A program made the translations under genes and the position numbers. Shown here piece after piece: positions 53,527 to 64,000 of a stretch of 64,000 nt of DNA. Origin of the DNA: Harriotta raleighana (Eukaryota); contig JBNZDD010013726.1 of NCBI GenBank assembly GCA_050575255.1, positions 11,544,965-11,608,964 of the forward strand, read 5' to 3'. The notes below the pieces were generated by a model. That model made no database searches. It was not told where the DNA came from and was given only the letters and a program-made list of their open reading frames with translations. Position 1 is the first letter of the stretch, and the number at the start of each line of letters is the position of its first letter.

Positions 53527-53829
53527 CTGAGCACAAAACAGAGCACTCTGGAAGGAAACAACCTTCCTTGATGGATAGATAAAAGCATGAGAATATTTTG
53601 AAGAATATTAGCTGATATTTACTCCCACGTGATTCTGATTATGCAGAAAGTGTTGGACACAAAGTTTGTTGTAGGTGCCCATTTGAGTCAGATGAAAGGA
53701 AGGATTCTACGGTAGAAAGTGTGTTAAAATGCTGGGGTCAGTTGTAATGGGATGGATTCTGTTGATATTTCACATCACCCCCAAACTTGCAAACTTGCTT
53801 TGATTTACTACTTTGTAATCAAGTCTCCA

Positions 53830-54120
53830 ACCTTCAGATGAGATGTTAAACCCGAGATCCCTTCTGTCTGACAGACAATTAGATGTTAAAGATGTATTCA
53901 AAAACCAGAAGAGAGTTTCTACCCAGATCCTGGCCAACAATCCCCCCCAAATAAAAACAAACTGGTTGTTCATTTCATGGCTGTTTGTGGGACATCACTC
54001 TGCCCAATTTTCCTGCCACATTTACCCACAAATGCAGTCTGTCCATTTCTCAGTAAATGCTGTGAAGCGCTTTGAGACATCCTTCCAACAACACAAGGCG
54101 CTGTACCAAATTAAATGATT
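53830..54120 (+). mobile_element. Older DeuSINE copy retaining the long central Deu domain
   Basis: ttcagatgagatgttaaacccgag...gatgttaaagat...cctggccaacaatccc...gctgtttgtgggac resembles the recalled SacSINE1/AmnSINE1 Deu domain. Similar copies lie at ~2820-3140 (+), ~14600-14820 (+) and ~40460-40630 (-). Confidence 0.7.
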
Positions 54121-55859
54121 ATTTGTTATTAGAACCTCAACAAATGAAGGAGAAACTCAGGCAAGTTCTTAATATCCATCATATTCGCCCACAAATATAC
54201 AGTCCATTGACTTCACAGTATATTCTCTGAAGGGTTTCGAGACGTCTAGAAAATGTGAAAAGGCGATACATCAAAAAAATAGTAGAAAAGCTTGAAAAGG
54301 TCCAGATAAGGGTACCAGCTCTAATCAGGACTCAAGTCATCAGTACAAATGGCTTGCTCATTGCTGTCTGAGCACACAGATAACTGGATATCAATAACCC
54401 GAGTGATGAAAGTGGTTCCATACGAACCAAGAAAATAAAATATTGCATCTTCAGATACTCGAGGGACTCTTCGAATTGAAATGAAAAATGCCCCAGGTTG
54501 AGGAACAATAAATAAAATCTTCACCAAAAGTTTAACTAACAAGAGGTCATCTGTAGGCAACACGGGTATGATTCTGTCAAACAATTAATTTCCTTCCACA
54601 TGCTTTGTTTCTACCCAAACCGTCAAATTCTCCAAGTCCTCATCTCATCTTTCCAATAGCATCCACTCTCCCTCCCTAACCAATAACTGTATTTTTGAAA
54701 ATGTTGTGTATGTTAATACAATATGTATTATATTATATGTTAAGTCCTCTCATGAAGCGTTATCCGTGCAACCAATGCTACTGGATCCCGAAAGTGCTTA
54801 TTTATGCTTTTGCTAAATTAACAACCGGTTACCAGCTGTCACTGAGTCCACCCTCGAAAACTCCCGTCAAAGGAGATTATTCTCACATATCGAGGTTGTC
54901 GTGTGGAGCAAGATTCAGAAATAAAACAACTGAATATCCATCCCATCATCCACTGTGCATTGGAAGAGAAATTTCATGCGATGATCCAGGTTCAATCCTT
55001 CACGGGTTGTTACACGCTCCAGCTTGTAAGCTTCTGAGAGCCATCTCCCCATAGGGGTGGGGGAAGAGAAAATGAGAGAGAGAGAAAAAGAGACAGAGTG
55101 GGGGTGGGGGCTGGGGGGGGGGAGCGGAGGAGAAAGAAAGAGTGTATACAAATAACGTAACACAAAACAAAGAAAAAGAAAGAAAAAAGGCAAGCACACA
55201 CATCATTTTATGCCTTCAGCGTACAAAACATCTTGGCCAAAGAATTATCGCCCCAAAAATCATTTCACAGGTAATAATCTTGACTCCGTTATTAGGAGAC
55301 GCAACAACATGCAAGCGCTGGTTAAAAAAAAAAGCCCTCTTCACAACACTTCGAGAGTTAATGACTACACATTATCCCCAATCCACAGAGAAGAGGCTGA
55401 AATGAAAAATGAGCTTTGGAGAGATCCATTTTACACTGTGTGCAAAAATAAGTCAGCCTTCACAAAGTGCATAATTAGAACAACTCACTGAAAGGCATTT
55501 ATCAGGAAAGATGCTTCATGGCTTTATTGATTGAAGCAGATTATAGAGAGGTACAAGATTTTCCTGCCCATTCATGAAAGCAAATTGAAATTGAAAACTG
55601 AAGTAGCCTTTTTAAAAAAAAAGTTTAAGCAAGAACAAAAAACTCATAGGAGAATGCATTGAAACGGACTTTGAAATGGCGTTAACAATCTGCAGTCGGA
55701 ACCAACATCTGAGAGTGGTTTTAATACACAGTTTGTGCTGTGTCGAACAAAGTTCATTCATGTTCAAGTGCAAGTAGACTGAAATGAGCTTTTAATCCAC
55801 CAAACCATTCAGCAGCAAGGCTTGTCCCGTTAAAAGTTGTCAACGCACTTTCCGAGGAG

Positions 55860-56278
55860 ATCCTCGTCTTCAGCTTCACGGCCTTGCCCCTGCCTATCTC
55901 TCTGACCTGCTGTCTCCCTAGGAGCCTGCCTGTCTGCTGTGTTCAGCAGACTCAGGCCTGCTCCGCGTCCACCACCCTAACCGCGCAATCTTCGGTGGCC
56001 GGGCTTTCAGCCTCTCTGCCCCCACACTACGGAACTCCATCCCACAATCCCTTCGCCTCACTTCCTCCCTTTTCTCCTTCAAGACCGGTCTTAAGACCTT
56101 CCTCTTCGATCGTGCCTTCTGTTCCCCTCCTAACTCTTCCCCCTCTCCTACTCTCCTTCCCCTTCCCCTTAGTCCGACCACCCCCACAACAGCTCGGGTC
56201 TCGACTTGATTGTTCAGCGCCTTGGGACGTCCTCCCAACGTGAAAGGCGCCTATAAATGTAAATTTTTGTTGTTGTTT
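55860..56278 (+). mobile_element. L2-clade LINE 3' fragment
   Basis: Decayed ORF2 end LHGLAPAYLSDLL...SADSGLLRV...GGRAFSLSAPTLRNSIP...FKTGLKTFLFDRAF, then a pyrimidine-rich 3'UTR and (TTG)n tail. Confidence 0.9.
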
Positions 56279-56619
56279 CCTGCATCCCAGTTCTGTGCAT
56301 GGAAGTTGTTACGAAAGGTAGAAAATGTCAGAATGGGAAAATGTGTGAGAAAGTTGAAATGGTATCAGCAAGCCTTCCTCCCAACAAGGAACAGGTTTAG
56401 GTTACTGCCACAGGCTTCAGAGTTAACATTGCTGGATTCTTTAATGTTATGCAGAGAGAGTGATTCAGTGGTGAGTGTTCTGTGCTGAGCTAACCGCTTG
56501 GGAGAGATACTTCACGTTTGCTCCTTTCCAAAGGAAAAGCATCTCAACTCAGCCCGCGTTTCCCCCCCTCCCCCCGGGACGATTTGGCAGAGGTTGGGAA
56601 TTCTATAGACAAAAGCTCA

Positions 56620-56850
56620 CACAATTCTGCACAACTCTGGAATGCACTGCCTGCCTGAATGGTTTGGTGGAAGCAGATTAAATAATAACTTTCAAAAGGG
56701 AATCGGATATTTACTTGAAAAGAAATCATTTGCAAGGCTATGGGGGAAAGAGCGGGGAAGTGGGACTAATCGGATAGCTCTGTCAAAGAGCCAGCACAGG
56801 CCCGATGGCTCGAATGGCCTCTTTCTGTGCTGTCGGCTTCTACGATTCTA
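56620..56850 (+). mobile_element. CR1-clade LINE 3' end
   Basis: ctggaatgcactgcctg...gtggaagcaga...actttcaaaaggg...ggctatggggg...cgaatggcctctttctgtgctgt...ttctacgattcta. Confidence 0.85.
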
Positions 56851-57103
56851 ACTGTTATCACTGTGTCGAATTTGCAAATCGATGAAACCCCAACTTGACA
56901 AGGGTCTGAATAAAAGCCAGAAGAACAAGGCCACACTGGTAACGATGAATGATCTGCTTCCCTTTACTGGAAGGACATCACGACTTGCAACTGGTATTGT
57001 TCTCAAGGCACTCTAGGTGACATGCTCACTGTCACGTTCCAGTATCAACAACTACAACAACAACAGCAATAAAATCTGCAGGTATGAAAAGTTCAATTCT
57101 TAC

Positions 57104-57196
57104 CTGATGTGGCTCCAATCTCATGGATGCTAACGCAGATAAGAAAAACGCATTTGCAGGCTTTCCAACAACCTCAGCTTCAATATCACAGGCATA
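57104..57196 (-). CDS. LHPP: LHPP exon 5 (93 nt; YACDIEAEVVGKPANAFFLSALASMRLEPHQ)
   Basis: Acceptor gttcccag and donor gtaaga. Contains the HAD motif III lysine (VVGKP). Confidence 0.96.
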
Positions 57197-57796
57197 CTGG
57201 GAACAGGGGGGGGGGCGGGGAGAAAGAATTCAAAAAATCTGAATGGATCAGCCGTGAAAAACCTAATGCTCAAACCACCTTTTCTTTCCAAAAAAAAAGA
57301 GAGAGATAACCTACCTGGAACAAAAGCTGGCTGCGGAGAGTGGATCTACATTACAGATAAACTATAACTATTTGTAAAGCAATGGAGGTAACTAACAAGG
57401 TTGTGGAGTATTTAAGTGATCCATCTGTCAAGAATGCAGTAGGCAATAAATGCTGCTGAGCTGATTAAACGCCAAGGCCACAGACCATTTATTACTAAAG
57501 AAGTAATATCTAATGCAATTTTTCAGAGGAATTTCTCCTTCCCCCACACCACCGTCCCATCCCACCACCCACCCCCACCCCTGCCCATCACTCCTCCCGT
57601 GAAAGCAGATCTGATTAGTAATGAAAGCTAGATGGTGCTAGATTTTTTAAAAAAATGTTATAATCAGGATGAGAATATTCACACTAAAGAAGCTTGTGTT
57701 TCAGACACAGGTAATGTCCGATCACATAACCCTTCCAGTTGAAGTCAAAAGCAAGTTCTGTATTACAGTATTATAATAATAATATCATAATGATAA

Positions 57797-58126
57797 ATAA
57801 TAATCCTTGCATTTTGATATAGCGGCTTTTCACATCTTGTCGATGTCTCAAAGCGCTTCACAGAATATACTGTAAAGTGAATTGACTGTTTACTTGTGGG
57901 CGAAACGTGGCAGCCAATTGCTCACAGCAGCGTCCCCCACCACACAAACAGTCGTGGAGTGAAATGACCCATTTTATTATTGTGTTTTTTTGGGGGACGG
58001 ATTATTATTAGGCGTGTGTGTGTAAGGAAATTTGCCCAAGGTTTCGCCCTGACTTGCCTGGATTCGAAACACAGATCTACATGCTTGTAAGGCGAGTGCT
58101 CTAACCACTGAGCTACACGAGCTCCA
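57797..58126 (-). mobile_element. Full-length SINE, same family
   Basis: Near-identical to the 53194-53526 copy across head, core and tail. Confidence 0.9.
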
Positions 58127-58751
58127 CATAGAGCTCCATATAAAAGGCAAGGTTCTCTCCAAGCTTGTCTTAGTCTTTATTTCACAACACTGAGCCAGAT
58201 ATAACTGGTGCTTTATCATTACCCCGGTGTTCAGCTTCAGGTTAGTTTAGACGTCTGATCGCTTTTGAGGCTCCCTCAATTCCTCCATTGCTTTGACTCA
58301 GCAGATTTCAACATAGCACTTAATGCTACAGCTTCCCCCACCCACCCACGACAACCACTTTAACTGACGCAGTTTGTTCAGGTCACAGTCCCAATAAGTT
58401 CAATGGGCCTCAGAAGCAGACCCTCTCAGAGGTTCCAACTTTTGAGGCCCCCGACCACAAAAAAAAGGGCATTTAAGTTCCAAATCACGGCCTCAGCATA
58501 TTTAATAACTACAATAATAGGAAATTAAAATTAAAATTTTGTTTTAATTAAACGAACCCAATAAAAACATGTAAAAATGTTAAATCCTGTGTTTTTTTAA
58601 ATTAAAAAATGAGGTTATGCATAATTAAACTTCATAGTTTCTGGTTCGCAAGGGTGGCACGTTAAAAACAAGTCCCAAAACTTGTTTCTAGAAACGGAAG
58701 TGTTATCCGAACACAAGGTTAACACGTGTGCGTTTCGCCCACAAAATACCG

Positions 58752-58971
58752 CAGTCAATTCACTTTTTAGGATATCTTATGAAGTGTCTTGTTAAGGCAT
58801 TCGAAGACGTGATAAGGCACTACATCAAATGCAAGGAATCGTATTGCTATTATAATTATAATATTTATGATACGATTATAATTATTATCCTTGCATTTGA
58901 TATGGTGCCTTATCACAACTTCGAGACGACTTAAAGAACTTCACAAGATATCCTAAAACGTGAATTGACTG
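58752..58971. repeat. Long inverted repeat made of two SINE 3' ends
   Basis: Left arm cagtcaattcactttttaggatatcttatgaag...tgataaggcactacatcaaatgcaagga; the right arm is its near reverse complement. Confidence 0.9.
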
Positions 58972-59611
58972 TATATTGGCTGGATTAAATTTATTATTAT
59001 TATTATTATTATTAAAAGCCCCAACTTTTTGAAGGGTGACACTGTCAGGCAGGCTTTTTAAAAAAACAAAACATCTCAGGAGTTAGTTCAATGAACAGCT
59101 GGTGAGAGAGAATACTGTCAACACTCAAAAACCCAGAGCTGCAGGTGATTGACACACCTCAGTTGTCGCATTAAGAGTGGAAATAAACTGCAGCATGAGC
59201 ATATTTTTAAGTCGGGGTAAAAGTAAATTGACAGAAAATGTCATGCTTAGGTCAAACAGTCAAGGTATCAATTAATAAATGGCCTTTAGTTTACAAAAGG
59301 TTAGAGACAGAGTGCTTAAAACTCCTTGTGAATAACAGAGCAAAATCGAACCCTGCCTCGTAACTCAGGAATTTACTTCAGTTATTACTTTGGGAATAAA
59401 ATCCTCATTGCACAAGTTTCAATCCCAAAACAGTTACAGCATTCAAATTGTTCTCCTTTATAGGCCCCGTATGTTTCAAATTCATCTTATACTGTATGTG
59501 TGCTGTACACCACAACACTCTGAGACATCCTACAGACATGAAAGATGTTACATCAAATGCAAGTACAGTATTATTATTTATTATTACAGCAAAAAAATTA
59601 ATTTCCAATAC

Positions 59612-59675
59612 CTCCAAGGCCTTCATATAAACACCAACATCAATCTTCAGCCCATCGGTTTCTTTGTAATAGCGT
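59612..59675 (-). CDS. LHPP: LHPP exon 4 (64 nt; RYYKETDGLKIDVGVYMKALE)
   Basis: Acceptor tattttag and donor gtattg. Lies inside ORF 59405..59698 and matches RYYKETSGLMLDVGPYMKALE. Confidence 0.96.
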
Positions 59676-61483
59676 CTAAAATACAGAAAGGTGAACATGA
59701 TTAAAAACTTACAGTCGCTCGTCCTTACAAGTCTTTAGACAGCACAGCTACAAAAGAAACTCAGATAACATCAGGCATGTCATACAGCAGGCATTTTATA
59801 TAGCTTCTCCCGTCTGTGAGGAAAAACTGTGAATATAGATTGCAGTTATTAGTTGAAGAGAGGAGCTACTTTAGGAAACAGAAACACTTTGAGAAGTTTT
59901 ATTTTTCATATGTAGAAACTTGCAAGCATGCGTGTGATGAAGGAGGCTGAAAAGTATCAAGGGACTGACTACCTCAGAAATTATTCTACAACGAACACAG
60001 CAATTTCTTTTGTGGCTACCATTCTGCAAAAGAGAATAAATTACTGAACTGTATCCCTAATGAAATATTACCATAGCTTCAAAACAACCTATTTCAGATT
60101 TGGGGGTTTAGACTGGATTAATTTATATTGAGCTTTTTTTCCATAGGAGTGTAATTCATCTCCTCTCAAGCAGATAATGTCAGGTGAGTGACAGAATTTG
60201 CAATAAATATTTTTTCGTCGCCCCCTACTCCACCTCCCCCCTCAATTTTATTTCTGCCGTACGCCAGATAGACTGCATTAAGACTGACAGCAAATGAGAA
60301 ACGTACAACAAGGTTAGACATGGTTTTATGGCTTATCTTGCTGCCATTTTCGATTATACACCAAAGCTACCCTTTCAAATGACCGCTTGACCCCTGCGTG
60401 AGCAACCATTAACCTTCTATAGGCGAGGGTAAACAAGTTCATTTCCTGACACTGGCGTGACAGGAAAAATTACACAGCCAATTCCATATCCCATCTAAAA
60501 TAGATGCTGAATGTAAATCAATATATTTACGGGAGTGATTCAGACATTTGCGAGTCGAACTCTTTCAAACTTTTTTAATTTTCTGAATGGTGTGGATCTG
60601 CCTTGCCAATTTTGACTTCATTTCCGAGTCAGTTTTCATTTCCATCAAACCCAGATGTTTTGCCACTGAATCAATGAGTTCTCAAGATTTTCTACCTCTA
60701 TACTTCCCTCGTTGATGAGCTTTGTGTAAAGAACTTTTCAATTCAGCATTTTTTTTCCAACATTAACAATGATGGGAATTAGATTTTCTTTAGTATTTTT
60801 TAATGTTAAACTGATGACTTTTTCCTCTTGTTACCTTTCTGTATTCATGATTTTCTCCCACCAGGAAAAACTATAGCCATTGTGATTTCTTCATAGAAAA
60901 CTACTCTGCCATACAGATCAGAGATATTCCAAGTCCCTGGTCTGTGCAGCGTTAGCGAGTTGTGGAATTCAGTCTTCATTTTGATGTTTTTCATAAAGTT
61001 TCTTGAAAGAAACGTACAGAAAACAAGCTTCAAAATGAAGGCTGCCTTCAAGAATTTATCATATCCTGAAATACTCTGCAAAAGCTAAACCAAGCTGGAA
61101 TTCCTACCTAATGGCTTCTAATTTGTGGAATTTCAGAGATTTTTCCCCCCAAAAAATGTAGAAACAATGTATAAATGTTCAAGTTTCTAAAATGTATAAA
61201 AACACAAATTAGTTCAGGGATCTTCAAGGAAGACTGCAAATTCGACCTGTAAAAATGAATGCAGCTTTGAGAAGCTTGAAGAACTGGTATGTGATGCAAG
61301 AAAGAGATTACTGTATTACAATTTGTACATTATATTCTTCTCCTTAATGACTTGTAATCCTAGCCAAAAGTTCTGTGAGGCTCTCACTGAATTACACCTG
61401 AACACAACAACAAACAATAAAATTACACTTGTATAGCGTCTTTCCTGCAGCAAGATGGATTAATTATTTCCCCCAATGATATN

Positions 61484-61528
<45 letters not shown>
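61484..61528. repeat. Poly-G homopolymer next to an N
   Basis: Directly visible; the length is unreliable. Confidence 0.85.
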
Positions 61529-61529
<1 letters not shown>

Positions 61530-61588
61530 GGTGTGTGACAGAGGCTTTAGGGAATTTTCTTATTTTAGGGAAAAGCAAACCCTCTTAC

Positions 61589-61742
61589 CCTCTCCCAAGC
61601 GAAAACAGGAGAGGTTTTTCTAGCTGCATCAGAAGCTGAAATGCTTTGTTCATGTTTTCGTAGGAAAAGTTTTCTGCAGCATCTCCGATCACCACACAGT
61701 TTGGGTTTGATTGATCAATCTGGTCGAACTCCGGCAGAAGCC
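61589..61742 (-). CDS. LHPP: LHPP exon 3 (154 nt; LLPEFDQIDQSNPNCVVIGDAAENFSYENMNKAFQLLMQLEKPLLFSLGR)
   Basis: Acceptor catttcag and donor gtaaga. In frame with exon 2. Closely matches the recalled LHPP cap-domain sequence EFDQIDTSNPNCVVIADAGESFSY. Confidence 0.96.
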
Positions 61743-62582
61743 CTGAAATGAGAAAGAAATCAGCGAATAAATAATCCTGGCCTTCGCGACAGCGCCTTGT
61801 ATTTCAGGAGAGCGCCCCAAAGCGCTTCACTAGACGCACTGTCAAACGGAGCCAAATGTGTATTTTTTTTGTAGGTTAAAAAGGACGGCGTCACGTTCCA
61901 ACAATAAAGTACCATCAGCTTTAACACCTCACTCGCTGCTGTACATGTCAATATGTTGTACAGGTTTTCACATAGAGTGGCACAGGCAGGCATTGATGAT
62001 TTACTCGCTGTGAATGTGACATATATTGTTGCTGCTGCATAATATGGGACCCATTAAAAAACCTGTATTAACATGTGTACTGAGGGACCTTATTTAATCC
62101 TGGGGGGGTGGGGTGGGGGCTGTTAAATACACAATCAGGGCACCTGTATTTCTCTCTGAATATCCATGGATTCACCGATGGCATTTCATACAGTTGGAGT
62201 GCACCTTATCTATACAACAACAACAACAACAGAATTACATTTATAGAGCTCCCCGAGCGAGGGAGAGGGGCAGAGTAGGGGGGAGAGAGTTAGAGTTAGG
62301 AGGGAGCATGTTGCAGAGTTGAGAAATAAATAAGTCTGTCAATTATTTATTCATTCCCCTAAAAAATAAAACAGGAAACAAAAAAAGGCCCCTCATCTAT
62401 CTCATGGCAGTCCAGCACTTCGCAAACCTCTGAATACCATGCATTTCACCTCTCCACACACAGTTAGTCCAGATAATAACACATGAACGGACATAGTGTC
62501 AATAGATTGAAGTGCTTCCCACAAAAAAAAAAAAACCCTGTGCTCAGGGGAACAAATGTACAGTACAGTACAGGCCACTGAC

Positions 62583-62770
62583 CATCGTGTACAAGCAGAT
62601 GTGGTCTCAGTCCTCGCTCCTTTAAAACCCGACAGACTGCAGGGCCAGGGGCGATAACTTCATCCACATCCATGTCAAACCCCATGGTCTGCAACTTGGC
62701 CACAAACGTCTCTCGGGTCGCCTGCGTTTCATTGGTACAGAATCGCAACTTCAAGCCCGACTCCTTGATC
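62583..62770 (-). CDS. LHPP: LHPP exon 2 (188 nt; IKESGLKLRFCTNETQ...GLRPHLLVHD)
   Basis: Minus-strand acceptor ttttttccgctgcaag and donor gtcagt. Contains HAD motif II (FCTN). Overlaps ORF 62464..62754. Confidence 0.96.
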
Positions 62771-64000
62771 CTTGCAGCGGAAAAAAACGAATCAGAAGGT
62801 CAGTTTCCACGTGGGTTAACAAACACACCGGGGTTCGCGATGGGAGTGACACCACCCAAGGCATTTGGCAGAGCCTGGAGTTTCTAAACCAGGAAAATCA
62901 TAGCAACAACAGCTTGGATAAGATAATGTTTCAGTAGCAAGCACAAAATACATTAAAGTTTCAGAGGCATTCGATTATTAGATAGACATCTGGAAAGATC
63001 GCTGGCTTTCTTATCACCAGCAAAATTAATTACGCTTCTTCCTTTCGAAGAAGAATCAAGATTTCTCAAAAAAACACCCTTTTTTTAAAAAAAAAGAATA
63101 AATTCAGAGTGTAATGCCTTATTTGATGCAGGGATGTGTGAGTTAGAATTTTTTTTTTTTGCCATTTCATCCAGTCCACTTCTCCGTTCGATCTGCGTTC
63201 GAGAGCTGAATGACTCACCCGTAGTACGCTTTCACCTCAGTCCCAAGTAATTGTGTCATTACAACAAAATTAGTCTTAACCAATAAACCCCCCAAAAGAA
63301 TGTGCAGACCTTTCAGTAACCGTCAAACACCGGGGAGAAACGATCTCGAGTGAACAGCGGATTTGAAAATGTATGGCATCAGCAACAGAACTGAACTACT
63401 GGGGAAGTTTCCTTGTGAGTGTCAAGGAACATGAGCCCAGCAATCCTAGAAGGTTTTACAGTTCATTCAAACGTTCAGTGTTAGCATCTCTCCCACACAC
63501 ATGGCTCTGCAAAAGGGTCTCGGCGACCCAGGGAAACGGAAATAAAAATGAGCAGGGAATTTCCTCTTGACTGCAATCCAAAAATTGAGAGCCAGCGAGT
63601 GTTAAGATAGGTGATGCTGTATTGCAATAAGAATAACACAGGGAGACGGTACATATGTGAGACACTGAAGGACAATAAGATGCCTGTGTATATGTACTCC
63701 AGCACAAATCAGCTCCTTCAAGAGAGGTGTTGAGCAATCCCATTAAATATATATATGTATAATAAAGTAGGGAACAAAGTAACTTAGTCTGAATTTTCAA
63801 GATGGAATAAAAAAAATGCCTGAGTGGACAGGTCTCTCATAATGAGAGCAACAATCAGGTTCTTTAGCACTATTTATCTTAGCTAATTACAGTTAGTGTG
63901 AATTATCAATTACAGTTAAAGGTAATTGCCCTTCATACAGAAAGCTTTCTTAGTTCACTCAATGCCATTAATATAATGCTACAATTAACAGTCAAATTTA

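Noticed and set aside
55884-56243. 119-aa and 106-aa ORFs
   Set aside because: They are off-frame or antisense readings of a decayed L2 fragment.
60930-60960. LTLHRPG...LYGRV resemblance to a Tc1 transposase DNA-binding segment
   Set aside because: The match is short and gapped, with no terminal inverted repeats or DDE region visible.
62771-64000. Search for LHPP exon 1 (HAD motif I, LLDISGVL) and its promoter
   Set aside because: No matching frame or CpG island is seen, so exon 1 must lie beyond the window.

Overview
Vertebrate genomic DNA, with three N gaps and several single-N joins. The repeat content (Deu-domain SINEs, CR1 and L2 LINE fragments) points to a cartilaginous fish, possibly a chimaera such as Callorhinchus; that assignment is inference. 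The window holds two convergent intron-containing genes. FAM53B (+) has its last three coding exons at 502-556, 6886-7667 and 23630-23998; its start codon lies upstream of the window. LHPP (-), a HAD-family phospholysine/phosphohistidine inorganic pyrophosphate phosphatase, has exons 2-7 from 62770 down to the stop at 28782; exon 1 lies beyond the right edge. All splice sites are GT-AG and the exon phases join in frame. The tail-to-tail LHPP/FAM53B arrangement matches human synteny. Almost all other ORFs in the track are spurious or repeat-derived. I found no convincing new protein-coding system. The most unusual signals are non-coding: a ~220-bp SINE-derived fold-back whose arms share private mutations, repeated tail-to-tail SINE pairs, a SINE/L2 partner relationship with a chimeric copy, two structural generations of DeuSINE, a CpG-undepleted block in the putative FAM53B 3'UTR, and several repeat-free blocks that look like conserved enhancers.
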